Origin: Zootoca vivipara
Lineage: Eukaryota
Direction of reading: 5' to 3'
DNA length: 64,000 bases
NCBI RefSeq assembly: GCF_963506605.1
Contig: NC_083292.1
Location: forward strand, 34,534,001-34,598,000
The notes below the pieces were generated by a model. The model did not search any database. It had not been told where the DNA came from and was given only the letters and a program-made list of their open reading frames with translations. Within the stretch, counting starts at the first letter, position 1, and every line of letters begins with the position of its first letter. Shown piece by piece: positions 12,024 to 24,698 of this stretch. The position numbers were made by a program, and so were the translations under genes.

Positions 12024-15000
12024 TCACAAGCACTTGAGGAGGAAAGCATTGCAGGCTGATCCGCGGGGGCAGTTGCAGAGCTTGCCAATCCGGGCGCCTT
12101 TCCTGACGGCACACAGGTCACCGAAGGAACACTGTGAGAAAGGGGGGGGGGGAGGATGGTTGAAAAAGTCAATCCCTCTTCCCAGGGGACTCTGGGAATT
12201 GTAGTTCTGGGGTGGAAGAGCAGGGCACCTCTGGGAGGTCCACAGACTCTCCATGACCTGCAGTTCCTCTCTTGACCCCCTCCTCCTTTCCCCCTTGGCT
12301 CTGGCTGCATGGTCTTCCTGATCCTGACCCCCTTCTTCCTCCCCTGATGGCAGCTGCCTCACGGGGGGTGGGGCACAGAACACCACTTCTCCCAAATCAT
12401 CCTCCCTCTCTGTCTCCTCTGGCTGCACATTCCTGCCCTCCTCAGGCTCCTGCCCATCCTGGACATCAGGAGTCTTGTGGGGGGAGGGGAGAGCCATAAC
12501 TCTTTAAACCAGGCTTCCTCAACCTCGGCCCTCCAGATGTTTTTGGCCTGCAACTCCCATGATCCCTAGCTAGCAGGACCAGTGGTCAGGGATGTTGGGA
12601 ATTGTAGCCTCAAAACATCTGGAGGGCCGAGGTTGAGGAAGCCCGCTTTACACTTTGCCCACTGCTTTAATTCGTGCTGCCTTTGTCAAGGAAGGAGGAG
12701 AAGAGAAGAGCCAGGATTACTTGCCCCAAGGTGGCTCTAGTTCCGTCAGCCATTTGCTCTGGCGCCACCTGCTGTTGGGCTCCCAGCTACGTGCCCTATC
12801 AAGCCCAATGGGCCCACCGGCCTGCCCTGGGTCTTTGTACAAGGGATGCACCAATGTAAGCGTGAGGGGGGGGGGACTAGTTTTGCTATTAATCCCTCTT
12901 CTCAGGGAACTCTGGGAATTGTATTTCTGTGAGGGGGATAAGGTTTTTTCCCCTCACAACCCTCAGGGCTCTTAACAAACCACAGTTCCCAGAATCCTTT
13001 GGGGGAAGCCATGCCTGTGTGAAGTGGGATGATACTGGTCCAACATTCACACAGCACCAACCCCCCCCCCCCGGCCCTCGTGGCACTGTCCCCTGCATCC
13101 ATCGGCAACTATCTAGGCAGCGCCCGGTACCTTGGGAACTTGGTTGAATTTCTTCTCCCAAGTGGAGACCTTCTTATGTTGTAGCTTCTCCAGCACCTCC
13201 TGAAGTTCATCCAGCTAGAGAGGAAAGGAAGAGGTTGAGGAATTATTAAGGTGTGAGAAGAGCACCTGGCGTGTCTGGCGTGATTCCTGCTTCCATAAGA
13301 GGCCAAATTATGACCGACTGTATTCTTGGCTCTCACTATTGCAGGGGTGGGGTGGGCGACCTGTGGCCCTCCAGGTGTTATTGGACTACATCCCCCATCA
13401 TCCCTGAGCATTGGCCATGCTGGCTAGGGCTGATGGGAAGTGGAGTCCAGCGACATCTAGAGTTGCCAGAGGCTCCCCAACTTCTGCTGTTAGTAATGAG
13501 CACACATTATGGTCAAGAACTTGTCGGTTCCAATTGCTGTATGACCAACAATGTCTGGAGGACACAAGTTTTCCTAAGGACTAGAAACTTGATGGTTTTG
13601 AAAAGAAAGAAATGCACTTAACTTTGTTCGGTGGAGGGTTGGATCTTTCATAGATCCATTTCTATGCATTTTTTAAAAAAGAATTTCGTCCTCAAGTAGA
13701 TGCCTTCTGCACATTGTTGAGACTCTAACTCCCATCAGCCCCAACCAGCACAGCCAGGGATCAGGGATGATGGGAGTTGTAGTCCAGCAACATTTGGAGG
13801 GTCAAAGGCTCCCTAAGCCTGGCCTAATGGACTGCCTTCATCCCACCTAGTAAGAACTTGCATCTTCCCCCAACATTTTTTCTCCTAATCATAAGATATT
13901 TAGGTGATTAATGAGCTCGGTTTCCATAAGAGTGGGGGGGGGGGGAGAGAGAAGCATTCCAAAGGCAAGGAAACACATACACTTTGTTCTGGAGAGACAC
14001 AGGGCATGTTTTTTCACAGAGTGTAGAATTAGCAGTGCAGTTAGGTAATGTTTTCCCCTCACAGTAATGTTTGGACTTAATGGTCTTGTGGGGGGGGGGC
14101 TCTTTAGATAGTAATGTGCATTACATTACCTCCTCCAAAATGTGCTCAGCCAGGCCTGGTGCATCAGGGGACCCCTGGCTGCCCACTCCACTGAGTGGGG
14201 CCCTGGACTTCTGCCCTGTATGGCGCCAGTGTGGGGGAAGTACCCTCCACCTATGGGGGAAATTGTCTTTTGCAATGGATGTCTGCCCTGTCAGCATCGC
14301 TGAGCATAATAACTGTATTCCACTCACTGTCACAACATCTGCTGTGATGGCCACTCACGTAAATGGAAAAATAAAATGAATAATCCATGAATTTGCCTGT
14401 CGACCGATGCTGCCCATGAACGCTAGCTCTATGGAACCTGCTTCTGAATACCACTTCCAGGGAGGCAAGAGCTGGAGAAGGGCTGTTTCTTTATTGCCCT
14501 GCTTGCAGACTTCTTGAAGGCTTCTGATTGGCTGCTGTGGTCACTGAAATGCTGGGCTAGCTAGAATGTTGGTCTGATGAGGAAGGGCTTCTTGGAGGCT
14601 TCTGATTGGCTGCTGTGGCAGCAGAATGCTGGGCTAGTCAGAATGTTGGTCTGATGTGGAAGGGCTTCTCGAAGGCTTCTGATTGGCTGCTGTGGTCACT
14701 GGAAAGCTGGACTAGCTAGAATGTTGGTCTGGTGCGGAAGGGTGTTTTGGAGGCTTCTAATTGGTTGCTGTGGTCAGTGGAATGCTGCACTAAATGGAAT
14801 GTTGGGTCTGATGCGGAAGGGCTTCTCGGAGGCTTCTGATTGGCTGCTGTGGCAGCGGAATGCTGGGCTAGATGGAATGTTGCTCTAATGTGGAAGGGCT
14901 TCTCGGAGGCTTCTGATTGGCTGCTGTGGTCAGTGGAATGCTGGTCTAGCTGGAATATTGGTCTGATAGGGAAGGGCTTCTCGAAGGCTTCTGATTGGCT

Positions 15001-17089
15001 GCTGTGACAGCAGAATGCTGGGCTAGATGGAATGTTGGTCTGATAGGCAAGGGCTTCATCGAAGGGCTTCTGATTGGCTGCTGTGGTCACTGGAATACAG
15101 TACTGGACTAGCTAGAATGTTGGTCTGATGTGGAAGGGTGTTTTGGAGGCTTCTGATTGGTTAATGTGGTCAGTGGAATGCTGGCCTAGCTAGAATTTGA
15201 TCTAGCTTCTTGGAGGCTTCTGATTGGCTGCTGCAGGCAGCAGAATGCTGGAATGGATGGAATGTTGGTCAGATGGGGAATGTCCAGAGGTGGATTACCC
15301 CAGAGATAAAGTCCTATGAGAAAAGGTCTGTGGCGTTTGATGCACATAGCCTAGAGAAGGGACAACTGGAGAAAAGGGCGTGGCTCATTGGTAGAGCATC
15401 CATATTGTATGCAGAAGCTCCCAGGATGGACCAATGATCTTCTTTGGTATAAAGGAGCATCCTCTGTTCTCATTACAGTCCAGCACCATCTTCAGATATT
15501 TGTTTTTTAGTTCAGAGCAAACTTGTTCTGTTTNNNNNNNNNNNNNNNNNNNNNNNNNNNNNNNNNNNNNNNNNNNNNNNNNNNNNNNNNNNNNNNNNNN
15601 NNNNNNNNNNNNNNNNNNNNNNNNNNNNNNNNNNNNNNNNNNNNNNNNNNNNNNNNNNNNNNNNNNNNNNNNNNNNNNNNNNNNNNNNNNNNNNNNNNNN
15701 NNNNNNNNNNNNNNNNNNNNNNNNNNNNNNNNNCCAAAGGCCTGGTTAAAGAGTAACATTTTCACCTGGCACTTAATGAAGGCGCCAGCTGAGCCTCCCT
15801 GGGGAGAGCATTCCACGTGCGGGGAGCCACAGTAGAAAAGGTCCATTTTTGGGTTGCAGAGGTAGACTGCCTCCGAGATTGGAGGCTCCATTCTTAACAA
15901 TCATAGCTATCGGCCTAAGAAGTGCTTTGCTGGAGCGGACCAAAGGTACACAGACTCCATCCTGGAGGGCTTGAAGCTGAGTGGTAGAAGTTCCCACTTC
16001 AATCCCTGGCATTTTCTGGTAAGGTTGGGATTGTTGCCTGCCTAAAACCCTGGAGAGCTGCTGCCGGTCAGTGTAGACAATACTGAGCTAGATGCACCGA
16101 TGCCTGGACTCAGTATAATACCGGTACATGTTCTTTTTACATTCAGCCCTTTATCCAGAACAATGGAGACGGAAATCTCACTTGATTCTTTAGGAGAAGG
16201 ACTGTGGAGCAGTTGCTTTGCATGCAGAAGGTTCCAGGTTCAAATCTCCGGCACCTCTAGGGAGAGCTTGGGATGCCCCATGCCTCGAACCTTGGAGAGC
16301 TGCTGCCAGTCAGTGTAGGCAATACTAACCTAGTTGGACCACTGGTCTGACTCTGTATAAGGCAGTTTCCTACATTCTATGAGAAAGGTCCTTCTTCTTA
16401 TTGTTATTATTATTATTTGCATTTTTATCCCACCTTCTCCCTAATATAGGGATGTGCAACCCATCCCACTGCTTCTGCTCTATATCACAAAATCCATTGA
16501 GCGGACATCTGTTTTGCCCTGGCGGTGGATATCCTTGGGTGCCACCCTTTGGGCGTTGGTGTCATGGGATAGTCACCTCCAAATATCTCGAAGGGCTGCT
16601 GCATGGGTGGAAGACAGAGCAAGCTTGTTTCCTGGAACATTCAGGGGGGGACTTTCTGACGGGAAGAGCCGTTCGACAGGGGAACGAGCTAACTGAGAAC
16701 TCTACTTGGAGGTTTTCAAATTCTTTTAAGCTGCGCTTCCCGCATGGCAGAGGGGGTTCGACTTAGATGACCCTCCCCACGCTACAATTATGCCGGGGAG
16801 GGTTGCCCGTGGGGCTCTCAAATCCCTCTGCGCATCCTGCCCACCGGGTGCAATTGATCCGCTGCCCCCCTGCACCGTGGCGGGCAGCCCACGGACGGGG
16901 ACCACCCCGCGTGGCGCTTTTGCGGCGCAGACCAACGCCTCTTTTACTCACCAGCTCCTTCTCGTGCGCCTGGTAGGCGTGCTTGAAAGGGAACTCCTGG
17001 GGTGCCCGGCTAGCTGTGGCGAGGCTTCTGTGTGCCGCCAAAATCAGGCAGAGCAGGAAGGCCACCGAGCCCAATTGGGAGCGGTCCAT
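12024..17089 (-). CDS. Cocaine- and amphetamine-regulated transcript (CART) prepropeptide-like paralogue; exons 17089-16952, 13214-13131, 12131-12024
   Basis: Three phase-0 GT-AG exons give 109 aa: signal peptide [20 protein letters not shown]..., EKEL|[28 protein letters not shown]|[35 protein letters not shown], with all six CART cysteines. AATAAA on the - strand at 11862-11867. Confidence 0.93.
12510..12645. mobile_element. URR1-like hAT MITE
   Basis: Palindromic; TSD ctttaaac/ctttacac. Confidence 0.8.
14515..15275. repeat. ~77-bp minisatellite, ~10 copies, in CART-like intron 1
   Basis: Unit is approximately aggcttctgattggctgctgtggcagcagaatgctgggctagatggaatgttggtctgatgtggaagggcttctcga. 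Confidence 0.9.
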
Positions 17090-17135
17090 TGTGGACAGGG
17101 ATCCAAAAGAGCAAGCGGAAAGCTCAGGGCTGGAG

Positions 17136-17203
<68 letters not shown>

Positions 17204-17205
17204 GA
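17136..17205. repeat. compound (AG)n(ACAG)n microsatellite just upstream of the CART-like ATG
   Basis: Seen directly in the sequence. Confidence 0.95.
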
Positions 17206-17227
17206 GAAGAGTGAGCTCAAAGCCACA

Positions 17228-17248
17228 GGAGCTGTCCTCAGTGCTGAA
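17228..17248 (-). promoter_or_regulatory. RE1/NRSE (REST-binding) element
   Basis: The - strand reads TTCAGCACTGAGGACAGCTCC versus consensus TTCAGCACCACGGACAGCGCC; 140 bp upstream of the CART-like ATG. Confidence 0.7.
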
Positions 17249-18094
17249 GCCTGATGCCTTCCTTCCTCTGGCTTAGCAGGAGAAAGCGCCAGCCTGTCAG
17301 TTTCCCTCTGGCTGGCGAGGCAGGCAGAGATGGGGGTGGGTGTCTTGGGAAGAGAGGGGAGTGAGGTGCCCCCCCCCCACCAGCCTGTGTCCCCACAGGA
17401 TGGGGGGAGGCATGTGGAAGTGGTGGGTGGGTGTGGGGAAGAGAGCTAGGCACACAGCTGGGTGCAAAATTGCTGTTGGCAGCCCCCATGGGTGGGTGGG
17501 TGCGTGGGGTGCTTAAGCGGCAGGGAGGGGGCCTCTGGCTGACTATTTATCAGAGGTTTTACTCTGCAAATTGCAATTTTGGCAAGCGGCGGGAGGCATT
17601 AGATCGAGCAGAGAGCCTCATCCATCATCTTGGCCGGGGGCCCAGCGCTTTGCTGGGAGCAGAATGGGCTGGGAATTAGCTCGTTCCCCCGCCCAATAAC
17701 CGTTGATTCTGATGTGCCTCCCTGAGCATCTCTGAGCCTAATGATCTGCTATTATTCTGTCCTGTTATTATTAGAATTAATCATTGCGTGTAAGTATGGT
17801 GAGAGCGTCACTGTGTCCAAAAGCGCTTCGAAATCATGGGCTTGTTTATCTGTCTTCATTCTCCCTCCCTCCCTATGCCGAACATCTAGAACACTTGCAT
17901 GGCATACAAAAGGGCCTGGGTTCAATCCTTAGCTAGAGCTAGGAGAGGCCCCTTGTCTGAAGCCTTGGAGAGCTGCTGCCAGTCAGCGTAGGTAATTCTG
18001 AGCTAGATGGATCAATGGTCTACTTCAGTATGAAGCAACTACCTATGTCCCTCTGTAAATCAGCCCTTTATTCAGAACCATGAGGACTAGAACT

Positions 18095-18540
18095 TAGAGT
18101 CATAGAATTGTAGAGTTGGAAGGGAGCCAGAGGGTCATTTAGTCCTACCCTCAGCTAAAGCATCCATGACAGATGGCCATCCAACCATCTGTCATCCTTT
18201 GAGAGCCCACCACCTCCCGAGGGAGTCCATTCCACTGTCAAAGTTGTCAGAAAGTTTTTTCTCCTGTTTAGTTGGAATCTCCTTTGTTGTACCTGGAGGC
18301 CATTGGTTCAAGTCCTACCCTCCAGAGCAGGAGAAAACAAGCTTGCTCCATCTTCCATGGGACAGCCCTTGAGATATTTGAAGACGGCTCTCATATCTCC
18401 TCTCAGTCTCCTCTTTTCCAGGCTAAACATGCCCAGCTCCTTCAACAGTTCCTCATAAGGCTTGGTTTCCAGATTTTTGGCCAATCTTGGTTACCCTCCT
18501 CTGCACACCTTCCAGCTTATCTATATCCTTCTTTAATTCT
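18095..18540 (-). mobile_element. CR1 LINE 3' fragment
   Basis: Begins catagaattgtagagttggaaggg, the reverse of the CR1 3' end; aggctaaacatgcccagctccttcaac follows. Confidence 0.65.
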
Positions 18541-18881
18541 TAAGGAAAGGGCCGTGGGTCAGTGCCAGAGCCACTGTTTTTTATATGTAGAAGGTTTCAG
18601 GTTCAATCCCAAATGGCATTTCCAGGTAGGGGTGAGAATGTATGCTGCCCCAAGCAGCTCACTGGTTGGTTTCTGTCTCTGAAGCAGCAATTAAAAGGCA
18701 AGAAAAGAGAAGATCTGTTTGTCATCCATTCACCTACCTGTCCTGCTCCCCCCCCCTCCTGCTCTGCCTTAAGTTTCCCTCTGGCTAAACTCCCTTGCCT
18801 TGTACGTTAATCTCTATCCATTTATCTTTTTGACAATTTGATCTTTGCTTTCTTCAGAAAACATTTAAAGATGTTCCAAGG

Positions 18882-18886
<5 letters not shown>

Positions 18887-18954
<68 letters not shown>
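18887..18954. repeat. (TC)n microsatellite
   Basis: Seen directly in the sequence. Confidence 0.95.
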
Positions 18955-18957
<3 letters not shown>

Positions 18958-21900
18958 GAAGCAAAGTAAGCAGTGTTACTGGGAGGGAGGTGGAAATCAG
19001 GGATCAAGCTCCTGCCTTTTGCCAGTTAAGGTTGCCATGTTAAATGAGCCAGTTTGACCCTCTGTCAAGTTAATTGCCATATTAAATGAACCAGTCTGTT
19101 GTTCTGCCAGTTAAGCTTGTCAATTTACCCATCAGTGACTTAACTACAGGAGTTTGGGGCACAGAGAAAAACAGGCCGCCCTTTCCGATGGATCCTGTAC
19201 TATTGAAATTCTGTCCTGCGAGAGAGATGGGCATCTCAGCCCCTTCCTCACCCACTTTTCAGCAGGCCTTGAAAATCCCTCCTAGTTCAAGGAGGGCTGG
19301 GGTAACTTTCCGCAGCATGAAGGCCACATTTTCCTCATGGAAAACATTCGGGGGGGGCTGCATGTTTGTGGTGGGATGGGCCAGGGTCAAAAAGTGGGGT
19401 GTCCTTAGGATGTCCCTATTTTCATTGGAGAAATGTTGGAGGGTATGGAGTTATCCGACCCCCGAGCCGTCTGAAGGCAATCCTGTATAGGGAAGCTTTT
19501 AAAAAAAGCTTAATGTTTTATTATATTTTTATATATGTTGGAAGCCACCCAGAGTGGCTCAGGCAACCTAGTAAGATGTGTGGGGTATAAAGAGTAAAAT
19601 TATCATTATGGAATGGGACGTCCCAGTTTTCATCGGAGAAATGTTGGAGGGTATACAAGTGCCGTTGTCACAGTTCAAGGATAAAGTCCAGGCAGCAAAA
19701 AAAACACCTGAGGAGTATGTGAAGCAGGTTTGATCTAGGAGAGTCCCCAAGGCCTGATTAAAAGGATTTTTTTGGGGGGGGGGACACATTTGCCCCACCA
19801 CAGCGCCTGAGGCTCTTCAACCCCGAGTTAAAAGTTGCTGTTGTGGCTCTGCTATTGATTTTGCTGTTGCTTTCTCTGTTTTAAATTGTTTGGAATTGTT
19901 TCTACTGGACTTGCTGTGCCAGGCTCTAGAGTGTTGTTAAGTTCATTATCCTTTTAATGAATTGAATTCATCTTCACTTTGTGTCTTAAAAGCTGGCTTG
20001 GGAGGGCCTCGTCTCTGAGAGAACCACAAGCACTCTGGCAGGAAGCAAGTACCATATGTTCAACCATCAGATCTGTTTCAATGCTCTGAAATCTTGCTCT
20101 CTGGACACATCAAGCCACTTGTTCAAGGCACAAGAAGGTTGATCAGCAACTCTCCTGGTGGTTTTGTTTTGTTTTGTGAGATGGGAAAAGGAAAAAAAAA
20201 CGGTTGTTAGCTTTGTCCTTTCACAGCAGGACCAGTGTCTTTTAAAGGCTGCCTGGCAGGCGGAAATGCAAGTGGGGACACTTCATTAATCAGTGTGACT
20301 CTGTGCTGTGGAGGTGGAAAGCCTGACCTGTTGAATTTCTGCCTCGCTTGCTTGCAGGTGTGTGAAAGGAGGAGCAAAAGATGGCAAAATGACTGCTAGC
20401 TTTGGGCCAGGAAGCAAGGATGCAGATCGTCAGAATAACTGAGATGGTTTAGTGCCACTATCAATTTGGCAGTTGATATGGCAAAAAAATGGCACATGGC
20501 TGTCTTTTCCCTACGTAATGATCCAAAATCCTGAAAGCGCAGGTCCAAGCAAGGATGTTTTATAGGACATATTAGAGGGGCAGGCAGGAGAATTTATGAT
20601 GTTCTGGAATTTAGCTGTGATTCCTGCTTTGCAGGAGGTTGGACTAACACTAAATGAACTTTGGAATCCCTTCCAACTCTACAATTCTATGAGTCTATGT
20701 AAATGTCCCAAAGAAAAGGCCTGGACTGAGCAAATCCTGCCGGCTTTATAGGATTTAGTATTTCTGAAAGCCATTGGTTTATGCTATTGTCTGTTTTTTT
20801 AAAATCCACAGAAGTTTTCCCCACCCTGTTTATATGAAATCCAGTAGGTCATTGTTTTAAAGTATTTTTTGTTGGTGTAGGTAGGGAGATTAATTTAACA
20901 ACAACAACCCCCCCAACTACCATCACCTCTAAGTAAATCTTGCCTCATTTCTACGAGTCGTTCTGTTGTCCCCCACCCCCCATTCCTCACACACTGTTCC
21001 CTGACCTATTTACTCTGCCTCCCTCTGCCAAGGGCAGGCTTCTGACATGTGGGTGGTTACATAAGGGATGGACAAAACCATAATCATGGATTCCTCCAGA
21101 GGATTAGGATTAATCACATCCTGCCAGAAGCAGGAAATTCATCCAGATTACAGGACCTTCAGCTCTGCTGCTGCAGGCTGGGTAGCTCTCTAGAGCACCC
21201 CCTGCAGCTAGGAATGAAAAGAGAGGGCCTCCTTGGTGGTGGCTCCGCAGATATGGAATTCCCTCCCCCAGGAGTGCAGATGGCTCCTTCCACGCAGGCT
21301 TCTGAATGGGCACTGAAGACACACTTGTTCCAGATGCCCTTTGAGGAAAGATGCAGTGGACATTCAAACTCATGGGGTCCTCCCCACGGACTACAAATCC
21401 CATCATCCCTGACGATTGGGTCATACTGGCGAGGGCTGATATTCCAGCAACATCTGGAGGGCTGCAACTTCCCCATCTCTCTATAGGATTTTAACTGGCC
21501 AAAAGGATTTGTTTGTTTGTTTGTTTTAATAACTGTTTTTTAATTGCTTTGATGATGAAATGGTTTGATTTGGTTCTTGGTTATAATCGAATTTATATTT
21601 CCACCCACCACGTGTTGGTCTGCAATTTCTCTAACTCGGTTGTTGTTATGTTGCCTTTGGCATTTTTAATATTGTACGGAAATTTCCTTATAAACCAAGG
21701 ATGGGGGAACCTGCAGCCCTCCAGATGTTGTGGACTCTCCCTCCTTGGAGGTTTCTAAGCAGAGGTTGGATGGCCATCTGTCATGGATGCTTCAGTTGAC
21801 ATTCCTGCCTTTCAGGGGGTTGGACTGGGCAACTCTGTCCTTGGGCCAACTCTGGCAACACGGTTACCAGATCTCAGCATGTCATCCATAGGGGCAAAGG

Positions 21901-23789
21901 TTCATTCCCCCCCCCTTGGCATACAATGAGATTGATGCCCTCCCCTGCCATGAACCACCTTCTGCCTCCTCAACAGAGCAAAGAGGATGGTCTGTACGCA
22001 ACAGGAGAAATGGACAAGTGGATCTGACCTCAGAAATGTCAACATTCCAATGCCGGTTTTGGAACATTTCAACCTCTCAGGACCTCTGTCACTGACCTCG
22101 TTGTCCCTGTTCTTAAAAAAAATTGACCTTTTAGTGCAAATTTCTCCTAATATACACATTCGTTCTGCATGCAATCTTGCCAAATGCACAGAAATTTCCA
22201 CTAGGCAGTTTTCTGCAATATAACGTGTTTCTGTATCCTGTTTTCAGTATTATATGCATTCTTAGGCACGCTTTACTCCAGTATATGCTTCTTTGTATAC
22301 CTGACTCGGCTGGAGGATGGCACTACAAAATTCAGATTTTGAAGGACGGCTGTGTTTCTGTTTGCACACTGTTTCGGAAAGCGTGAATGAGTCAAGATTC
22401 GCGAGCCAGATCAGATTTCTGCCCCCTACCCTGGATCTTCCTGAACAGGTTGTCAGGAGATCCACCCCCTGAATGAGATCACCCATCGCCACTTCCACCC
22501 TCATTAAAATGTTCCGCCACAAATGTGGGGCTCATGGATCAATGTCCTCGTAGTGGAGAGATTTGATCGATTCCTCCTCCACCCTGATCTTGAAAATGAG
22601 TCAAGTCCTTTGCAGCCGCAACTAATGAGGACTCCTACGCCTCTCTCGGCCAAGAGTTTGGGAGCAAGCGATGCAAGACGTCAGGCGCAAGCAGCTTTTT
22701 ATTATTGCCTGCCATGCTTGACATTTGTCTTCGTGAGATAATAAGGACCCGTCAGATCTATACGACAATTACACGATATGGCAGCACAATGGTGATGTCG
22801 TTGTGGGGGCGAGGAGGGGGAGATGCGTCAAGAAACTTCTGCAATAAACCAGGGGGCGGGGGCAGGTGAGTACACATTGTAAAATGGAAACACAGCCCGA
22901 AAGAATCAATCAAGCTTTGTTATCGATTTTATTTGCATGAAGACAACGTTGCGGCGTCTCTGCAGAGTTGCCAACTGACCAGGAAGTAAACCTGACTGGT
23001 TTGCTCCTGTGTCTTTAATAGAGGCTGGGCCGAAGCTGATCACAGGCATGGAGCTCACATGGGTTTTTTTTTTTTTAACACGGTGGGAGCAGAGGAGCAG
23101 CGGCTGGCTTATAAGATGGCAACCCTGCTTGTCAGAGCACACACACACACACGAGTACGAGAGAGTTCCTCGCAAGGAGAAACCAGTGCTGAGCCAGATT
23201 GGTGTGTGTGTCTGAAAATGGATAAGAAGCTTTTTCAGCTGGGGGGGGGGGGGACATTCCCTCCTGGACAACTTTCCTAAGAGCCACATGCCTCGGTGAT
23301 CCATTTGAATACAGCTAGTTTCTACAGACAACTCACACCTATCTCCGAGATTCAGGATGGGTAATAGAAAGTCCTTCTTCACACAGCCCCATAGTTAAGC
23401 TATGGAACTCCCTGCCACAGGAGGCAGGGATAACCACCAATTTAGATGGCTGTGGAGGAGGATTGGACAAATTTGTGGAAAAGGTTATCAAGGACCACTA
23501 GCCACGATGGCTCTGATCTGCCTCCACGGTTGGGGGCAGTAATGCTTCTGAATGCCAGTTGTTGGAAACCTCAGGAGGGGAGAGGGATCTTGGGTTCGAA
23601 TCCTGATTGTAGGCTTCCCTTTGGGGCACCTGGGTGGCCGCTGAGAGAACAGGAAGCTGGCCTCATCTATCAGGAATTTCTTTTGGTTCTTATCTCCCCA
23701 GCCGGGCAAAAACATTCAAGGAGGATACGAAGGAAGATGGGTGGAGAAGGAGGGTAGTTTTGGGAAGAGGTGGGAGTGGATGGGGACTG

Positions 23790-24698
23790 TGGGCCAGAAA
23801 TATTGGCTCTGGAGGGAGCTGTGCATGTTTAGCCTGGAAAAGATGAGACTGAAAGGAGATAGTATAGCTATCTTCAAATCTCAAGGACTGCCCCATGGAA
23901 GAGGAAATAAGGTTGTTTTCTCTTGCTCCGGAGTGTAGGACTCGAACCAGTGGCTTCAAGTTGCAAGAAAGGAGATTCCAGCTGTCAGGAATGAGCCAGC
24001 TCCCAGCGAAGGTTTGCAGCCAACGGCAGAAAGCAGCCAGGAACAGAGAGGCCTTGATGTTAGTCAGGCAGGGGAGAGCCAGCAGCTGCAGACTTCGGCT
24101 CTTTCTGACCTTGACAGGCAGGCTGATAAAGCAGTAGCTGAGAGCAGGCTAGAACACAGCCAAAGTTTGCCGGAAGCACAATCTGGTGCAAATAAACTCA
24201 GAGGCAGCCTCTCAAAGCCAGAAGAAGTTGGAGCTGCTCCAATAAGTCTGAGAAGTCGGCGAATGGGAGGGTTGTTAGACAGGAAGCAAAACAAGAGAAG
24301 TAAGGGTCGTAAGTTCAATATCTGCTAGAGAAGCCAGAGGGAGTCTTCAGAAGGGTCATCTTGAGTGATGATGCCGGAGGCTTTGTTAGAGCCGTCCAGA
24401 GCTATCTGTTTGTTTTTGCAAGAAATCCTCCTTTTTAATTAGCTATGCTTACTGCGTTATCAAGCTGGGAACCTGGACTCCTGATACCGGCTAAACATCA
24501 GGAAGAGCTTTCTGACAGTAAGAGCAGTTTGACAGTGGAAGGGTCTCCCTCGGGAGGCTGTGGACTCTCCTTCCTTGGAGGTTTTTAAGCAGAGGTTGGA
24601 TGGCCACCTATCATGGACGCTTTAGCCGAGATTCCTGCAGTGCAGGGGGTTGGACTAGATGACCCTTGGGGTCCCTCCCAACTCGACGATTCTATGAT
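23790..24698 (+). mobile_element. CR1 LINE 3' fragment interrupted by a solo LTR
   Basis: CR1 sequence tggcttcaagttgcaagaaaggagattcc resumes at 24487 with ggctaaacatcaggaag and ends ccaactcgacgattctatgatt. Confidence 0.75.
23983..24486. mobile_element. solo LTR (~504 bp)
   Basis: Ends tgtcagga...tcctgata (degenerate TG..CA inverted termini), 5-bp TSD ccagc/ccggc; splits a CR1 cleanly. Confidence 0.7.

Noticed and set aside
14515-15275. Tandem units resemble hammerhead/retrozyme repeats (CTGATG.GGAAGGGCTTCTCGAAG) or a CRISPR-like array
   Set aside because: The core is CTGATGA in only one unit, GAAA is replaced by GAAG/GGAG, and no stem I can be formed. There are no unique spacers and the context is eukaryotic.
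15385-15900. ORFs spanning the N run
   Set aside because: Artefacts of the 200-N assembly gap (15534-15733).
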